A DNA stretch of 64,000 nucleotides from an uncultured Bacilli bacterium (GTDB lineage: Bacteria > Bacillota_I > Bacilli_A > RF39 > UBA660): positions 229,620-293,619 of the forward strand of contig CAKOSO010000001.1 of NCBI GenBank assembly GCA_934102355.1. Reading direction: 5' to 3'. This document shows, in pieces, positions 47,512 through 57,983 of the stretch. The notes below the pieces were generated by a model. It searched no databases and had not been told where the DNA came from. It was given only the letters and a program-made list of their open reading frames with translations. How positions within the stretch are numbered: the stretch's first letter is position 1; each line of letters opens with the position of its first letter. The translations under genes were made by a program, and so were the position numbers.

Positions 47512-48186
47512 TTACTTATCTCTAAATTTACTAAATTTATTTTTAATATTAGGGAAAGAATTCATAAGTCTGTTAATAGAAGGTTTCTTAAATATTGACT
47601 TAATCTTATCCTTTATTTCACCAGTATTATCCTTAACCAATTTACTTAGTTTATTTTTAAAACTAAAAATTATTTTTGATGAAACAATTAAATCAGTAAG
47701 AAAAATAACTGCCAAAACTCCTGCAATAATATATTTCACATTAGGAGATAAAAGATTAACAATACGAGATATAAAAGGATGAACTAAATATATAACTATT
47801 ACTCCACCAAGCCCAAAAGGAACAAGTGTCTCTAAACATATTCTCCCATTGATATTATATTTTCTTTTTGAATAATCCCACCATCTAGCATTAAATATTT
47901 TTTCCAAAATATAACTTGTAAAATATTCAAGAATTGAACAAATTATTAATGACATAAAAAATAAAACTAGTGGACTATCAGCATATCTTCCAAGAAGAAT
48001 AACTATAAAAACACAACCAAAACCATAAATAGGACAATAAGGTCCAATAAAAAATCCTCTATTACACCATTTACCAGTACCAATATAAATATATATAGTT
48101 TCAACAATCCATCCTAAAATAGAATAGAACATAAAATACAAAAAGTATTGAACAACAAGATTTAATATATCCATAAGTTTAATCAC
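47512..48186 (-). CDS. polytopic membrane protein, PF06541-like (paralog of 39211-39873)
   Basis: YSILGWIVETIY...GFFIGPYCPIYGFGCVF signature. Confidence 0.45.
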   Translation of the reverse strand: MIKLMDILNLVVQYFLYFMFYSILGWIVETIYIYIGTGKWCNRGFFIGPYCPIYGFGCVFIVILLGRYADSPLVLFFMSLIICSILEYFTSYILEKIFNARWWDYSKRKYNINGRICLETLVPFGLGGVIVIYLVHPFISRIVNLLSPNVKYIIAGVLAVIFLTDLIVSSKIIFSFKNKLSKLVKDNTGEIKDKIKSIFKKPSINRLMNSFPNIKNKFSKFRDK

Positions 48187-48259
48187 CTTAGTACATTATA
48201 TCATAATTATTTTTAAACTTTCAAAAAAGTTTACAACAAAAAAGTTTCAAAAATGAAAC

Positions 48260-49258
48260 TTAATTTATAGTTGTATTAGTCCTATCATTTATAACAGATG
48301 TAGTTTTTTTATTACAATCTTTTAATACATGAATAAAGCCCAGGAACTTTAATCCCTTCTTCTTTCCAGCAATCATATCTGAATAAAACTTAGTAGATTC
48401 AGTATGCGTACAACATTTATGAGCTGATGTATTACAGCCTGCTTTTGGATATCTATCAGTATTACATTCAAATATTGTGAGATTTCCTTTTCCGTCATTT
48501 GCTTCAACTACTTGAATATGTCCATATGAAGAGCCAGAAAACATATATACAATTAATGTTCCAGGTGTTATTTTACTAATATCACTATCCATTACAAAAC
48601 CATTTTCACCCAAATTAGCGTTATTATAATAATAATCTTTAGCATGCCCAGCTATAGAATCAAATTTTTTCCAAGCAGTTGGATCTGCAGAAGGTAAAAA
48701 GCTTTTAAAATAAGCATAAACTCCCTCAGCACATTGACCATTAGAAAGCTTTTTAGCAGTATACTTTCCTCCACATATCTTACTAGTGTATGTACCAGAT
48801 CCAGTTCCACCACTAGAACCTCCAGAACCACCAGAGCTACCAGATCCACCTGAACCACCATTACTATTACTTTGGTTTTTCTTTGCCTCTTCTTGTTTCT
48901 TTTTTTCCTCTTCAGCTTGATATTTATTAATATTTTCAATAGTAGCATTTTCTAAACAATCAGTGAAATTTTCACTTTCACCCATATTACCAATAGTAAT
49001 CATTAAAGTATTCACAATAGTAGGAACAAAGAAAATAAGTAAAGAATAAATAACTCTTTTAATAAGAAGTTTTACTGCTTTGTTCTTTTCTTTATCATCA
49101 GATGCAATTACTGCTTTAAATAAATCAATCATAGCAAGTACTACTAAGATTATTGGAACAGCAATTTTAATTATAATCACAATTATTTTTAAAAAATAAA
49201 TTACTTTTAAAATACTTGAATTAGTACAAACAGACATAAAACTCATAAATCTCACCAC
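48260..49258 (-). CDS. fusion of the small 2-TM pilin-like module (paralog 3), a Gly/Ser linker and a CHAP-domain peptidoglycan amidase/peptidase
   Basis: N-terminal IKIAVPIILVVLAMIDLFKAV...KLLIKRVIYSLLIFFVPTIVNTLM matches the 14641 and 15079 genes. Followed by (GGS)n-like low complexity, then a CHAP domain with Cys (GQCAEGVY) and His (GHIQVV) catalytic contexts. Confidence 0.65.
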   Translation of the reverse strand: MVRFMSFMSVCTNSSILKVIYFLKIIVIIIKIAVPIILVVLAMIDLFKAVIASDDKEKNKAVKLLIKRVIYSLLIFFVPTIVNTLMITIGNMGESENFTDCLENATIENINKYQAEEEKKKQEEAKKNQSNSNGGSGGSGSSGGSGGSSGGTGSGTYTSKICGGKYTAKKLSNGQCAEGVYAYFKSFLPSADPTAWKKFDSIAGHAKDYYYNNANLGENGFVMDSDISKITPGTLIVYMFSGSSYGHIQVVEANDGKGNLTIFECNTDRYPKAGCNTSAHKCCTHTESTKFYSDMIAGKKKGLKFLGFIHVLKDCNKKTTSVINDRTNTTIN

Positions 49259-49363
49259 TTTATGTTAAATCTAAAATTATTATACCCTAAAATTTAAAAA
49301 CTATCAATAACATAAAAGTATATAAACACTTAAAATGCCAATAATATAATATGAGGTGATATT

Positions 49364-50815
49364 TTGATAAATAGTAATATTAAAATAAATGAAAACATAA
49401 TAAAAGAAAACTATAATAACGCACCAGATATAACTTTAAGATATCTAGAAGAACAAAAAGAAAAAATAACTATAGTTTTTAATCAAAGTTTATGCAGTAC
49501 AAGTTCCATAAATGAATCTATTTTAAGAAATATAACCCTTCTTACAAATAAAAAAACCTTTTTTAAAAAAGATTTATACACTCTTCTTAAAAAAACATTA
49601 GCAGCAAATAACGTCAAAGAAGTAAATACATATAAAGAAATATATTCAAAATTAAGTAATGGTTTTACTATAATTTTATTTGATAAAAAAGATAAGGCCC
49701 TAGCTGTAGAAACAAAACAGGACTTATCAAGAGCTATATCAGAGCCTCTAACTGAACAAACAATAAGTGGACCAAAGGATGCGTTTAATGAAAACTACAT
49801 GACAAATATTGGATTAGTAAGAAAAAGAATAAAAACTGATAATTTAAAAATTAAAGAAAAAATACTCGGTAGAGAATCAAAAACAAAAGTAAGTATTATG
49901 TATATGGATAACATAATAGAAAAAAACTTATTAGATGAATTAAATAAAAAGCTAGAAAGCATAGACATCGATGGAATTATTGACAGTACTTACATAAAAG
50001 AACTAATTTTAAAAAAAGATAGCATATTTCCGCTTCTTGAAACAACCGAAAGACCTGATCACGCAACAATGAGTTTACTAGAAGGAAGAATCCTAATATT
50101 TGTTGAAAATAGTCCCTACGCTATAATAATTCCTACCTTCTTTTTTGATTTTTTTCATGCCCCAGAAGATAATTATCAAAATTATAAAAACGTCACATTT
50201 ACAAGACTTATAAGATTTTTTGCATTCTTTATTGCAACTCAGTTACCGGCCATATATGTTGCAGTAACAACATATAATCAAGAAGCTATACCAACAACTC
50301 TTATTACCAATTTTGCAGCTCAAAGAGCAGGAGTACCTTTTCCAGCCATAGTTGAAGCACTAGGAATGATCTTAATATTTGAAGTACTAAGAGAAAGTGA
50401 TATTAGAATGCCAAACTTTTCCGGTTCAGCAATATCTATATTAGGAGCAATCGTACTAGGAGATGCTGCAGTATCAGCTGGAATAGTTTCACCTATAATG
50501 TTAATAATGATAGCTACAAGTGCAATATGTTCATTAATGTATTCAAATGTAGGAATGATTAATGCCATAAGAATATGGAGAATAATATTTATGATATTTG
50601 CAACATTTTTTGGAATACCAGGAGTATTCCTAGCAGACTTTATCTTCATAATAAACCTATGCGAATTAAAATCCCTTGGTAAACCATATCTCTACCCTAT
50701 AACACCATTTAGTTTCAAATTCTTAAAAAGAAACGTTGGAAAATCAAGTATAAGAAAAGACAACGAAAGATCCCCTATTCTTACTGATAAAAATTACAAA
50801 AGGAGCAACTTATGA
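49364..50815 (+). CDS. gerA: spore germination protein GerA-family A subunit
   Basis: 483 aa. GerA N-domain plus C-terminal membrane region. TTG start with a GAGGTGA RBS. Confidence 0.75.
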   Translation: MINSNIKINENIIKENYNNAPDITLRYLEEQKEKITIVFNQSLCSTSSINESILRNITLLTNKKTFFKKDLYTLLKKTLAANNVKEVNTYKEIYSKLSNGFTIILFDKKDKALAVETKQDLSRAISEPLTEQTISGPKDAFNENYMTNIGLVRKRIKTDNLKIKEKILGRESKTKVSIMYMDNIIEKNLLDELNKKLESIDIDGIIDSTYIKELILKKDSIFPLLETTERPDHATMSLLEGRILIFVENSPYAIIIPTFFFDFFHAPEDNYQNYKNVTFTRLIRFFAFFIATQLPAIYVAVTTYNQEAIPTTLITNFAAQRAGVPFPAIVEALGMILIFEVLRESDIRMPNFSGSAISILGAIVLGDAAVSAGIVSPIMLIMIATSAICSLMYSNVGMINAIRIWRIIFMIFATFFGIPGVFLADFIFIINLCELKSLGKPYLYPITPFSFKFLKRNVGKSSIRKDNERSPILTDKNYKRSNL

Positions 50816-51954
50816 AAATAAAAAAATTACTTTTAATATTAATAATTTTGACTACTTTATTTTTTATGAGTGGTTGCAGTTATCAAGAATTAAACGATTT
50901 AGCAATTGCATCTGCAATAGGAATAGATTATGAAAACAACGAATTTATAGTAACTTCACAAATATTAAACTTCCAAAAAAATGAAGAATCATCTGAAGAA
51001 AACGTAATACTATATGAAGGAAAAGGAGAAACAATCGGAGAAGCAATAAGAAATACTTATCTACAATACCCAAATAAACTCCACATGGGTCATCTTGAAT
51101 TAATAGTATTAAACAAAAATGCTGCTAATGAAAAACTAACAGAAATAATTGATTACTTCATAAGAAGTCCAGAAGCAAGAAGTAATTGTTATTTTATGAT
51201 TTCAACAGAAGGTAGTGCAAAAGATATACTTACTCCATCAGAAGAATCAGAAGATACATTTACAGCAAATAAAATAGTAAAAATAGTAGAAGATACTAAA
51301 AAATATCAAGGAACAACAACATTAATGACATTGGACCAGGTATCAATGGCATTCCTATCAAAAGGAATATACCCAGTAATTACCTCTTTAAAATATGAAA
51401 AAGACGAAGAAAAATATAGCAATGTAATATCAACGGGTTTAGTAGTATTAAAAGAAAACAATAAAATTACAGATGAATTAACAAAAGAAGAAGCAACAGC
51501 ATATAACATCATAAATAAAAATTTCACTGATGTAATGCTTAGTTTTGAATATCAAGATAACAATTTAAACGTAATAATATTTAATCCAAGTTCAAAAATA
51601 GATGTAAGAATAAAAGAAAACAAACTAAAAGTTAGCATTAACTTAACACTAGAAGGACATATTTCAGTAATAAATAAAAAGATTAATTTACAAAAAAAAG
51701 AAAATATAAAAGATATTGAACACAAAACAGAAGAAGAAGTAAAAAAATATATTGACCACTTAATAAATTTTAATAAAGAAAATAATATTGATACACTAAA
51801 TATTAAAAATAAAATATATAAAAATTATTATAAAAAATACAAAGAATATGAAAATAAAAATATATATGAAATTGCAGAAATAAACACAAATATTACTGTT
51901 AATCTATATAGATATGGTAATACTTATAAAAGTATAGGTGATAAAAATGAATAA
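50812..51954 (+). CDS. gerC: spore germination protein Ger(x)C lipoprotein
   Basis: Lipobox MSGC. GerAC-family size, and position between the A and B subunits. Confidence 0.7.
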   Translation: MKIKKLLLILIILTTLFFMSGCSYQELNDLAIASAIGIDYENNEFIVTSQILNFQKNEESSEENVILYEGKGETIGEAIRNTYLQYPNKLHMGHLELIVLNKNAANEKLTEIIDYFIRSPEARSNCYFMISTEGSAKDILTPSEESEDTFTANKIVKIVEDTKKYQGTTTLMTLDQVSMAFLSKGIYPVITSLKYEKDEEKYSNVISTGLVVLKENNKITDELTKEEATAYNIINKNFTDVMLSFEYQDNNLNVIIFNPSSKIDVRIKENKLKVSINLTLEGHISVINKKINLQKKENIKDIEHKTEEEVKKYIDHLINFNKENNIDTLNIKNKIYKNYYKKYKEYENKNIYEIAEINTNITVNLYRYGNTYKSIGDKNE

Positions 51955-53041
51955 AATAGATACCAAAGAAATTCTTGCTATTACATTCTTTACATGTACA
52001 GCACTATATCCAGGATTTGGAATAAATTCAGTGCTAAACACCGGAAATACAACATCATTAATTACACTTATAGTGGCTTTTATAATTGGAATAATTCCGA
52101 TGTTTGCAATTACTTATTTAAATAAAAAAATGAAAGATAAAAATATATTTGAATACAACAAAGAAAAATTTAAAATGTTCGGAACAATTATTAACATAAT
52201 ATTGGTTCTAATAGGAATATACATACTATTTATAAACTCATGGACATTTTGTAATTTTGTAATAAGTCAATTTTTAACAAGAAATTCATACTATGTGTTA
52301 GCAACAACATACTTTCTCATTGTTTCATATTTAGTCACTAAAAATATAAATGTAATTTGTAAAACATCAACTGTATTATTAGTTTTCTTCTTTTTAATAA
52401 TAATTCCCGTATTCGGAATATTATTTACAAAAATCGATATAACAAATATAAAACCACTTTTTACTATATCTTCATCATCCTTTATAGGAACTGTTGTAAA
52501 AGTTTTAGCATTCACATCAACTCCAATTATTACGCTATTAGCTATTAAACCATCAGATTTAGATGATCAAAAAAAATTCAAAAAATTCATCATAATCGGT
52601 TATGTTTTAGCAGGAATAATACTTTTTATATATACATTTCTAATCATAACAACATATGGAATTGAATTTTCAAAAATTCTTGACTACCCAGGATACTATT
52701 TATATAAACAAGTAAAAGCATTAAATTTCATAGATAGAATTGAAAACTTTATCGTAATAGTATTTTTTGATTCCACATTTATAAACTTAACAATGACAAC
52801 ATTCTTTATAAATGAATTTATAAATACAGTATTTAAGATAAAAAAAGAGAATAAAAAAATAATTATAACTTACACATTTCCACTTGTTATATCATTGATA
52901 AGCATTTATGTTTTCAAACATTTTTACACATACAAAATACTTGCCATATTTCCAATAATTGCAACAATTGCCATAATAATAATTATCATATTAGCACTAC
53001 TTTCCAAAATAAAAAGAGATAGCAAAAATACTACCTCTTAA
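51938..53041 (+). CDS. gerB: spore germination protein Ger(x)B (APC-type permease)
   Basis: 367 aa, ~10 TM helices. Third gene of the gerA-C-B operon. Confidence 0.7.
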   Translation: MIKMNKIDTKEILAITFFTCTALYPGFGINSVLNTGNTTSLITLIVAFIIGIIPMFAITYLNKKMKDKNIFEYNKEKFKMFGTIINIILVLIGIYILFINSWTFCNFVISQFLTRNSYYVLATTYFLIVSYLVTKNINVICKTSTVLLVFFFLIIIPVFGILFTKIDITNIKPLFTISSSSFIGTVVKVLAFTSTPIITLLAIKPSDLDDQKKFKKFIIIGYVLAGIILFIYTFLIITTYGIEFSKILDYPGYYLYKQVKALNFIDRIENFIVIVFFDSTFINLTMTTFFINEFINTVFKIKKENKKIIITYTFPLVISLISIYVFKHFYTYKILAIFPIIATIAIIIIIILALLSKIKRDSKNTTS

Positions 53042-53044
53042 AAA

Positions 53045-55195
53045 CTATTTCTTCTTCTTTAACTTGCCCGAATAAACAAGATAAATCATTGATAAAATAC
53101 AAACTATTACGGAAATAATAAATATTGTACAAATAATTGCTATTGTATCTCCAGTAGGAGGATTATCACTATTAACAAGTTTATAATGATAATTTATTAC
53201 AATATTTTCACTAGATGCTGTTCCACTAGCACTTCCTTCAATTCTAAAAACTTTATACCCAATAGAAATAAGTCTATTAAGTGGTGATGTATTATATTCA
53301 TTCCCTACAAAAGTATTTATTGTTTCAGTTTCTACTTTATCGCCAGTACTATCTTTATAATAATGATTTACTGTAACTACTGCTTCTTTAGCAACATCAA
53401 AATCAACTGTAGATGATGCTAAGGAAGTTTTCTTTTCACCAGTTTGAGGTAATTCTAAAACTCCATTAGCAGAAACAGTCATAGATTTAATATTACTTAC
53501 ATCAGCATCTTCCTTTAATTTCACTGAAATATTTTTAGTATAATAAATATCAAAAGAACCACCATTTAAATTATTTATATTATTTAAACTAACATTCCAA
53601 GTAATTGTGTTATTAACACTATCATAATTTCCAGCATCAGCATTAGTACATGTAACATAAGATGGGAGTTGAACAACTATTTTGTAACCAACATCTCCAT
53701 AATATGATGATATTGATGACTTATAATCTATCGCATAATTTATTATTTGCTCTTTACTTGAAACCACTTTAGTATCAGTACTAATTTCTAAAACCGGATC
53801 AACAATAGTTGAATTATTAAGAGTATAATAATAATCAACATAAATTATTCCATTTGCATATACTCCCTTAGCATTGCTTGGAGAGGATTTTAGAGTATAT
53901 TTAGGTTCAAGATCTTTACTAGTTGTAGAATAATTAGTACCAATTAATCCACTCAACATATTATCAGAAGATACTTTCACAGAAGTAGCTTGATTCTTAA
54001 CTTTATCCCATAAATAATGACGAACAATGACACGCGAATCATCAAAATTAGTAATAAAATTCCACTTTACATCACCAGATAAACTTTGATATTCGTTACC
54101 CATTTTAGAATCGAGAGCTAATGTAACCTTTATCTTTTTACTACTACCAGATGGAACAGTAGCAAGTAAAATATCATTTACCATGTAAGAACCTTCTTCT
54201 TCATTCCAAACAGGTCCATTATACAAAACATTATTATCCTGATCCTTAACAGTAATAATTGCATATTCTTTTAATAACTTATTAACTTTTTCATCACTAC
54301 TATTAATAGGTTCTGCTCTTAAATAGAAAGTCTGACCATCTGTATCAGCATAATTATTATTTAAAGTAATTGTTTGATTTATAGTCATTCCAGGTTGTAA
54401 ATTTTTAAAGTTTTTAAATACACCAACATCAGATGGATCAACATCAAATCCAGAAGTAGAAGAATTAAATGTTACACTAACATCATCATAACTTTTTTCA
54501 TCATCTAAAGTAGTATTATTATATATATTAGATATCTGATCATCAGATAAACCCCATATAGATTTAGCAGCACCACTTGTTGCTTGAATCATTTCAACAT
54601 CAAATTTAACATCAATAGAATTAGAACCAAAAATAGAAGAAATTCCAGAATTAATTTCTATTTCATCAATTAAATTATCAGTAACTTCTCCTGGTTCCAA
54701 CACTTTCATATAATAAAAATATAAACTTAAATTTGGATTAGTAATATTTGGTCTTGCAGAAGTAATATTACCATTCTTATCATAAACTATATAATACCAA
54801 TTATTAATACCATTTGTCTTACTCCAAAGTTGCTTAGTATTACTACTTTTATCAACAACATTAAGTTTAATTCCAAGTGAAGAAACACCTTCAGGTGAAG
54901 TAATTTCACCAGATGAATTTCTTATTCCAAGAAGTCTAATTACTTTTACTCTTACTAAAGCATTAGTAGAACCAGTATTCTTAACTGCAATAGTTTTATC
55001 TATTTTACTTCCAGGATAAACATCACCATCAACTTTCCCACCAGTTTCTATAAGTTCTCCACTTAATGTCCCTGTTGAAATAGTATTTGTAAAACTACTA
55101 CCAACAGATTGAAGAGCATAACTTATTCCTAGATAAAGAGAAAAAACAAATAATGCTATACCAACAATAATATAATATACTTTCTTTCCTTTCAT
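53045..55195 (-). CDS. cell-wall-anchored surface protein with a sortase-B-type NPPTG sorting signal
   Basis: 716 aa. N-terminal signal peptide. C-terminus NPPTGD + hydrophobic helix + KKKK. The N-proximal SFTNTISTGTLSGEL weakly resembles SipW-cognate/TasA-camelysin leaders. Confidence 0.55.
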   Translation of the reverse strand: MKGKKVYYIIVGIALFVFSLYLGISYALQSVGSSFTNTISTGTLSGELIETGGKVDGDVYPGSKIDKTIAVKNTGSTNALVRVKVIRLLGIRNSSGEITSPEGVSSLGIKLNVVDKSSNTKQLWSKTNGINNWYYIVYDKNGNITSARPNITNPNLSLYFYYMKVLEPGEVTDNLIDEIEINSGISSIFGSNSIDVKFDVEMIQATSGAAKSIWGLSDDQISNIYNNTTLDDEKSYDDVSVTFNSSTSGFDVDPSDVGVFKNFKNLQPGMTINQTITLNNNYADTDGQTFYLRAEPINSSDEKVNKLLKEYAIITVKDQDNNVLYNGPVWNEEEGSYMVNDILLATVPSGSSKKIKVTLALDSKMGNEYQSLSGDVKWNFITNFDDSRVIVRHYLWDKVKNQATSVKVSSDNMLSGLIGTNYSTTSKDLEPKYTLKSSPSNAKGVYANGIIYVDYYYTLNNSTIVDPVLEISTDTKVVSSKEQIINYAIDYKSSISSYYGDVGYKIVVQLPSYVTCTNADAGNYDSVNNTITWNVSLNNINNLNGGSFDIYYTKNISVKLKEDADVSNIKSMTVSANGVLELPQTGEKKTSLASSTVDFDVAKEAVVTVNHYYKDSTGDKVETETINTFVGNEYNTSPLNRLISIGYKVFRIEGSASGTASSENIVINYHYKLVNSDNPPTGDTIAIICTIFIISVIVCILSMIYLVYSGKLKKKK

Positions 55196-55204
55196 AAAAA
55201 CCTC

Positions 55205-55876
55205 CTAATCAAGCTTTTTAAACGCATCAGAAGAAGAACTATATCCACCAGTTGAAACAACATCAACCTTAACTTCAATAGTAAAGCCTTTTATATCATC
55301 ATAATAAACCATATCAGAAGGAATAACAACATTAGTAAATAATGTAACCTTATCTCCTGCTTTTATTACTCCATCATTTCCAATATAAATAAATACAAAT
55401 TCACCATTATTACTATTACCATCTAACATAAATTCATCTTTATTATAAAAGCTATATAACTTATTAGAATTAACTAAGTAAAGTAACTCTTTTTCAGTAT
55501 AACTACTATTAACATTAATATTATAACTATCACTCTTATAAGCTTTATCATAATAAATAACATTTTTTATTTTATTTAAAGTCTTATCATCAGTTATAAG
55601 TTTACCATTTTTATCATAAAAACTAACTTTTAATCTAAAATAAGAATTTCCTTTCATAGCAATAATATTAGGATCATAAAAATACGTTTTTCCAGGTTTA
55701 ACATCAATCGAAGTTTCTCTATAAGGTTCAATATAAGTAACTAAAACATCCCCTATTATTCTTATATTTCTAGGTTCATTAACTTTTAAAAAACCATATA
55801 TACAAAAAATAACTGCTACAAAAGATACAACTAGTAAACAAATTGCAATCTTCTGTTTACTTTTTTTCTTTTTCAT
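55205..55876 (-). CDS. small signal-anchored secreted protein (possible accessory/minor subunit of the 53045 protein)
   Basis: 223 aa. N-terminal KKKKSKQK + TM helix. Immediately upstream and co-oriented. Confidence 0.4.
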   Translation of the reverse strand: MKKKKSKQKIAICLLVVSFVAVIFCIYGFLKVNEPRNIRIIGDVLVTYIEPYRETSIDVKPGKTYFYDPNIIAMKGNSYFRLKVSFYDKNGKLITDDKTLNKIKNVIYYDKAYKSDSYNINVNSSYTEKELLYLVNSNKLYSFYNKDEFMLDGNSNNGEFVFIYIGNDGVIKAGDKVTLFTNVVIPSDMVYYDDIKGFTIEVKVDVVSTGGYSSSSDAFKKLD

Positions 55877-55989
55877 AAACCATCACCTATTCTTTATAAT
55901 TACAAAAATATTATAACATACCAAATCGCAAAAAAAAATAACTTTTACATAAATTAAAAAAGTAATATAATTTATACAGGTGTATAAAT

Positions 55990-56886
55990 ATGACTGAAAA
56001 TATATATAAAAACTGTACATTATGTCCAAGAAACTGTAAAATCAACAGATACAAACGAAAAGGATTTTGTAATTCAAAAAATAAAATAAGAATAGCATAT
56101 GCAGATATGTATAAATATGAAGAACCAATTATAGAAAGTAAAAATAAGAAATCTGGAGCTATATTTTTTTCTGGATGCAATATGAAATGTATATTCTGTC
56201 AAAATTATGACATAAGTACATTAAATATAGGAAAAGAAATTTCTATAAAAAAGTTAAAAAATATCATGCTAAAACTACAAGAAAAAAATGCTTTAAATAT
56301 AAACCTTGTAACTCCTACCATATATGTTCCAAGTATTAAAAAAGCTATAAAAAAAGCCAAAAAAGAAGGATTAAAGATTCCAATAATATATAATACTTCA
56401 AGTTATGAAAACATAGAAACTATAGAAATGTTAAATAATGATATTGATATTTACTTACCTGATTTAAAATATTATGAAGATAATCTATCACAAAAATATT
56501 CAAATACAAAAGACTACTTTTATCACGCCACTAAAGCAATTGATGAAATGTATAAACAAGTTGGAAAACCAATAATTAAAAATAATATAATGGAAAAAGG
56601 AGTTATAGTAAGACATCTTCTATTACCAAGTCATTTAGAAGACTCAAAAAAAATAATAAAATACTTATATGATACATATAAAGACAATATCTACATCAGT
56701 ATAATGAATCAATATACTCCAATAAAAAAATTAAAATATGAAAATTTAAATAGAACAGTATCAAAAAAAGAATATGATGAATTAATTGATTATGCTATAG
56801 AATTAGGCATTAAAAATGCCTTTATTCAAGTAGGTGAAACACAAAAAAAGAGTTTTATTCCTGATTTTAAAATTCAGAAATTTTAG
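55990..56886 (+). CDS. radical SAM protein, PflA/PflX-type activating-enzyme family
   Basis: CTLCPRNC...GFC N-terminal cluster plus the second motif SGCNMKCIFCQNYD. Confidence 0.6.
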   Translation: MTENIYKNCTLCPRNCKINRYKRKGFCNSKNKIRIAYADMYKYEEPIIESKNKKSGAIFFSGCNMKCIFCQNYDISTLNIGKEISIKKLKNIMLKLQEKNALNINLVTPTIYVPSIKKAIKKAKKEGLKIPIIYNTSSYENIETIEMLNNDIDIYLPDLKYYEDNLSQKYSNTKDYFYHATKAIDEMYKQVGKPIIKNNIMEKGVIVRHLLLPSHLEDSKKIIKYLYDTYKDNIYISIMNQYTPIKKLKYENLNRTVSKKEYDELIDYAIELGIKNAFIQVGETQKKSFIPDFKIQKF

Positions 56887-57802
56887 CTCTTTTTTTATAT
56901 TCAATCAAATTATTAACAAGTCTATTTATTAAAAACTTAATCTCATCATTTATACTATCACGTTCTTCTTTTGTAATATTATAATTATTTTTTTTATTTT
57001 CAAGTATACAAGAATCATCAGCAAGTAATGACAATTCAGAAAATAAATCACTTTCTCCTTCATACTCATATATAAAATCAGCAGTATTTCCATTAATTTC
57101 ACAACAATCAAGTTTTTCTTTTAAACCTAATCTATCTTTTAAACATAGTGCAATACTTTTAGTATTTTGATAATCAAATGTTTCATAATTATCTCCAAGA
57201 ATAAGTTTTAAAATTTCTTGTTCATCATAACTATTAATTCCTTCTTCTATACCAACATTAACATAACTAGTTAAATTTAAGGTTATTTCATTTTGATTAA
57301 CAATCTTATAAAATCTCTTTTCTAATCCAGTCCTTTTTATAATAACATCATCCTTTAAAACAAATTCATTTTTATAACTCTTTATAAGTTTACAAAGCTG
57401 TGAAGTTAAAGAAGCAAGGCCTCTTGCAGAATCAAGATTATATGTATGAGATAAAATTATATATCTTCTAACACCATCAATAACATAACTATTTAAAATA
57501 TCATCATAATTAACTTTAGGTCTAGATAAATATATGCCACTTACATAATTTAAATCTTCCTTTATCAAAAATGTTGATTCATCTATATCAATTAAGTTAA
57601 GCCTTTTTATAACCATACCAATAGTACTATATGAATCACACATAATAATTTCACAATCAAGTAAAGCACTTTTAATAATATCCCATGAAAAATATCCATA
57701 ATATTTAGTCATACTTGGAAGTATTTTTCCTAAAGCTCTAGTAAGCTTATCATTATAATCATATTTATTCTTAAGTTCACATAAAAATGAATCTATGATC
57801 AT
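56867..57802 (-). CDS. hypothetical protein
   Basis: 311-aa ORF with no recognisable motif. Confidence 0.4.
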   Translation of the reverse strand: MIIDSFLCELKNKYDYNDKLTRALGKILPSMTKYYGYFSWDIIKSALLDCEIIMCDSYSTIGMVIKRLNLIDIDESTFLIKEDLNYVSGIYLSRPKVNYDDILNSYVIDGVRRYIILSHTYNLDSARGLASLTSQLCKLIKSYKNEFVLKDDVIIKRTGLEKRFYKIVNQNEITLNLTSYVNVGIEEGINSYDEQEILKLILGDNYETFDYQNTKSIALCLKDRLGLKEKLDCCEINGNTADFIYEYEGESDLFSELSLLADDSCILENKKNNYNITKEERDSINDEIKFLINRLVNNLIEYKKRAKISEF

Positions 57803-57857
57803 AAGCTCACCTCTTAGATAGTTATTATAACATAAAGCAATATATTTAAAAGAGTTT

Positions 57858-57921
57858 TTTAAAAAAAGAGATCAAATTCCAATTGATCTCTAATCTATAT
57901 AAACGTAAGTTAAAACTTACG
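57858..57921 (-). terminator. two tandem hairpins downstream of the dinD-like gene
   Basis: AGAGATCAA-attccaa-TTGATCTCT (57867-57891) flanked by T6/A7, plus CGTAAGTT..AACTTACG (57904-57921). Confidence 0.5.
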
Positions 57922-57983
57922 ATACACAATATATATTATGGTTAAAACTTAAAAATAGTTACACCTTTTTAACTAATATTAAA

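Noticed and set aside
48652-48948. 98-aa ORF in an alternative frame of the CHAP fusion gene
   Set aside because: Overlaps the Gly/Ser-linker coding repeats. A frame artefact of the tandem CCAGAACCA repeats.
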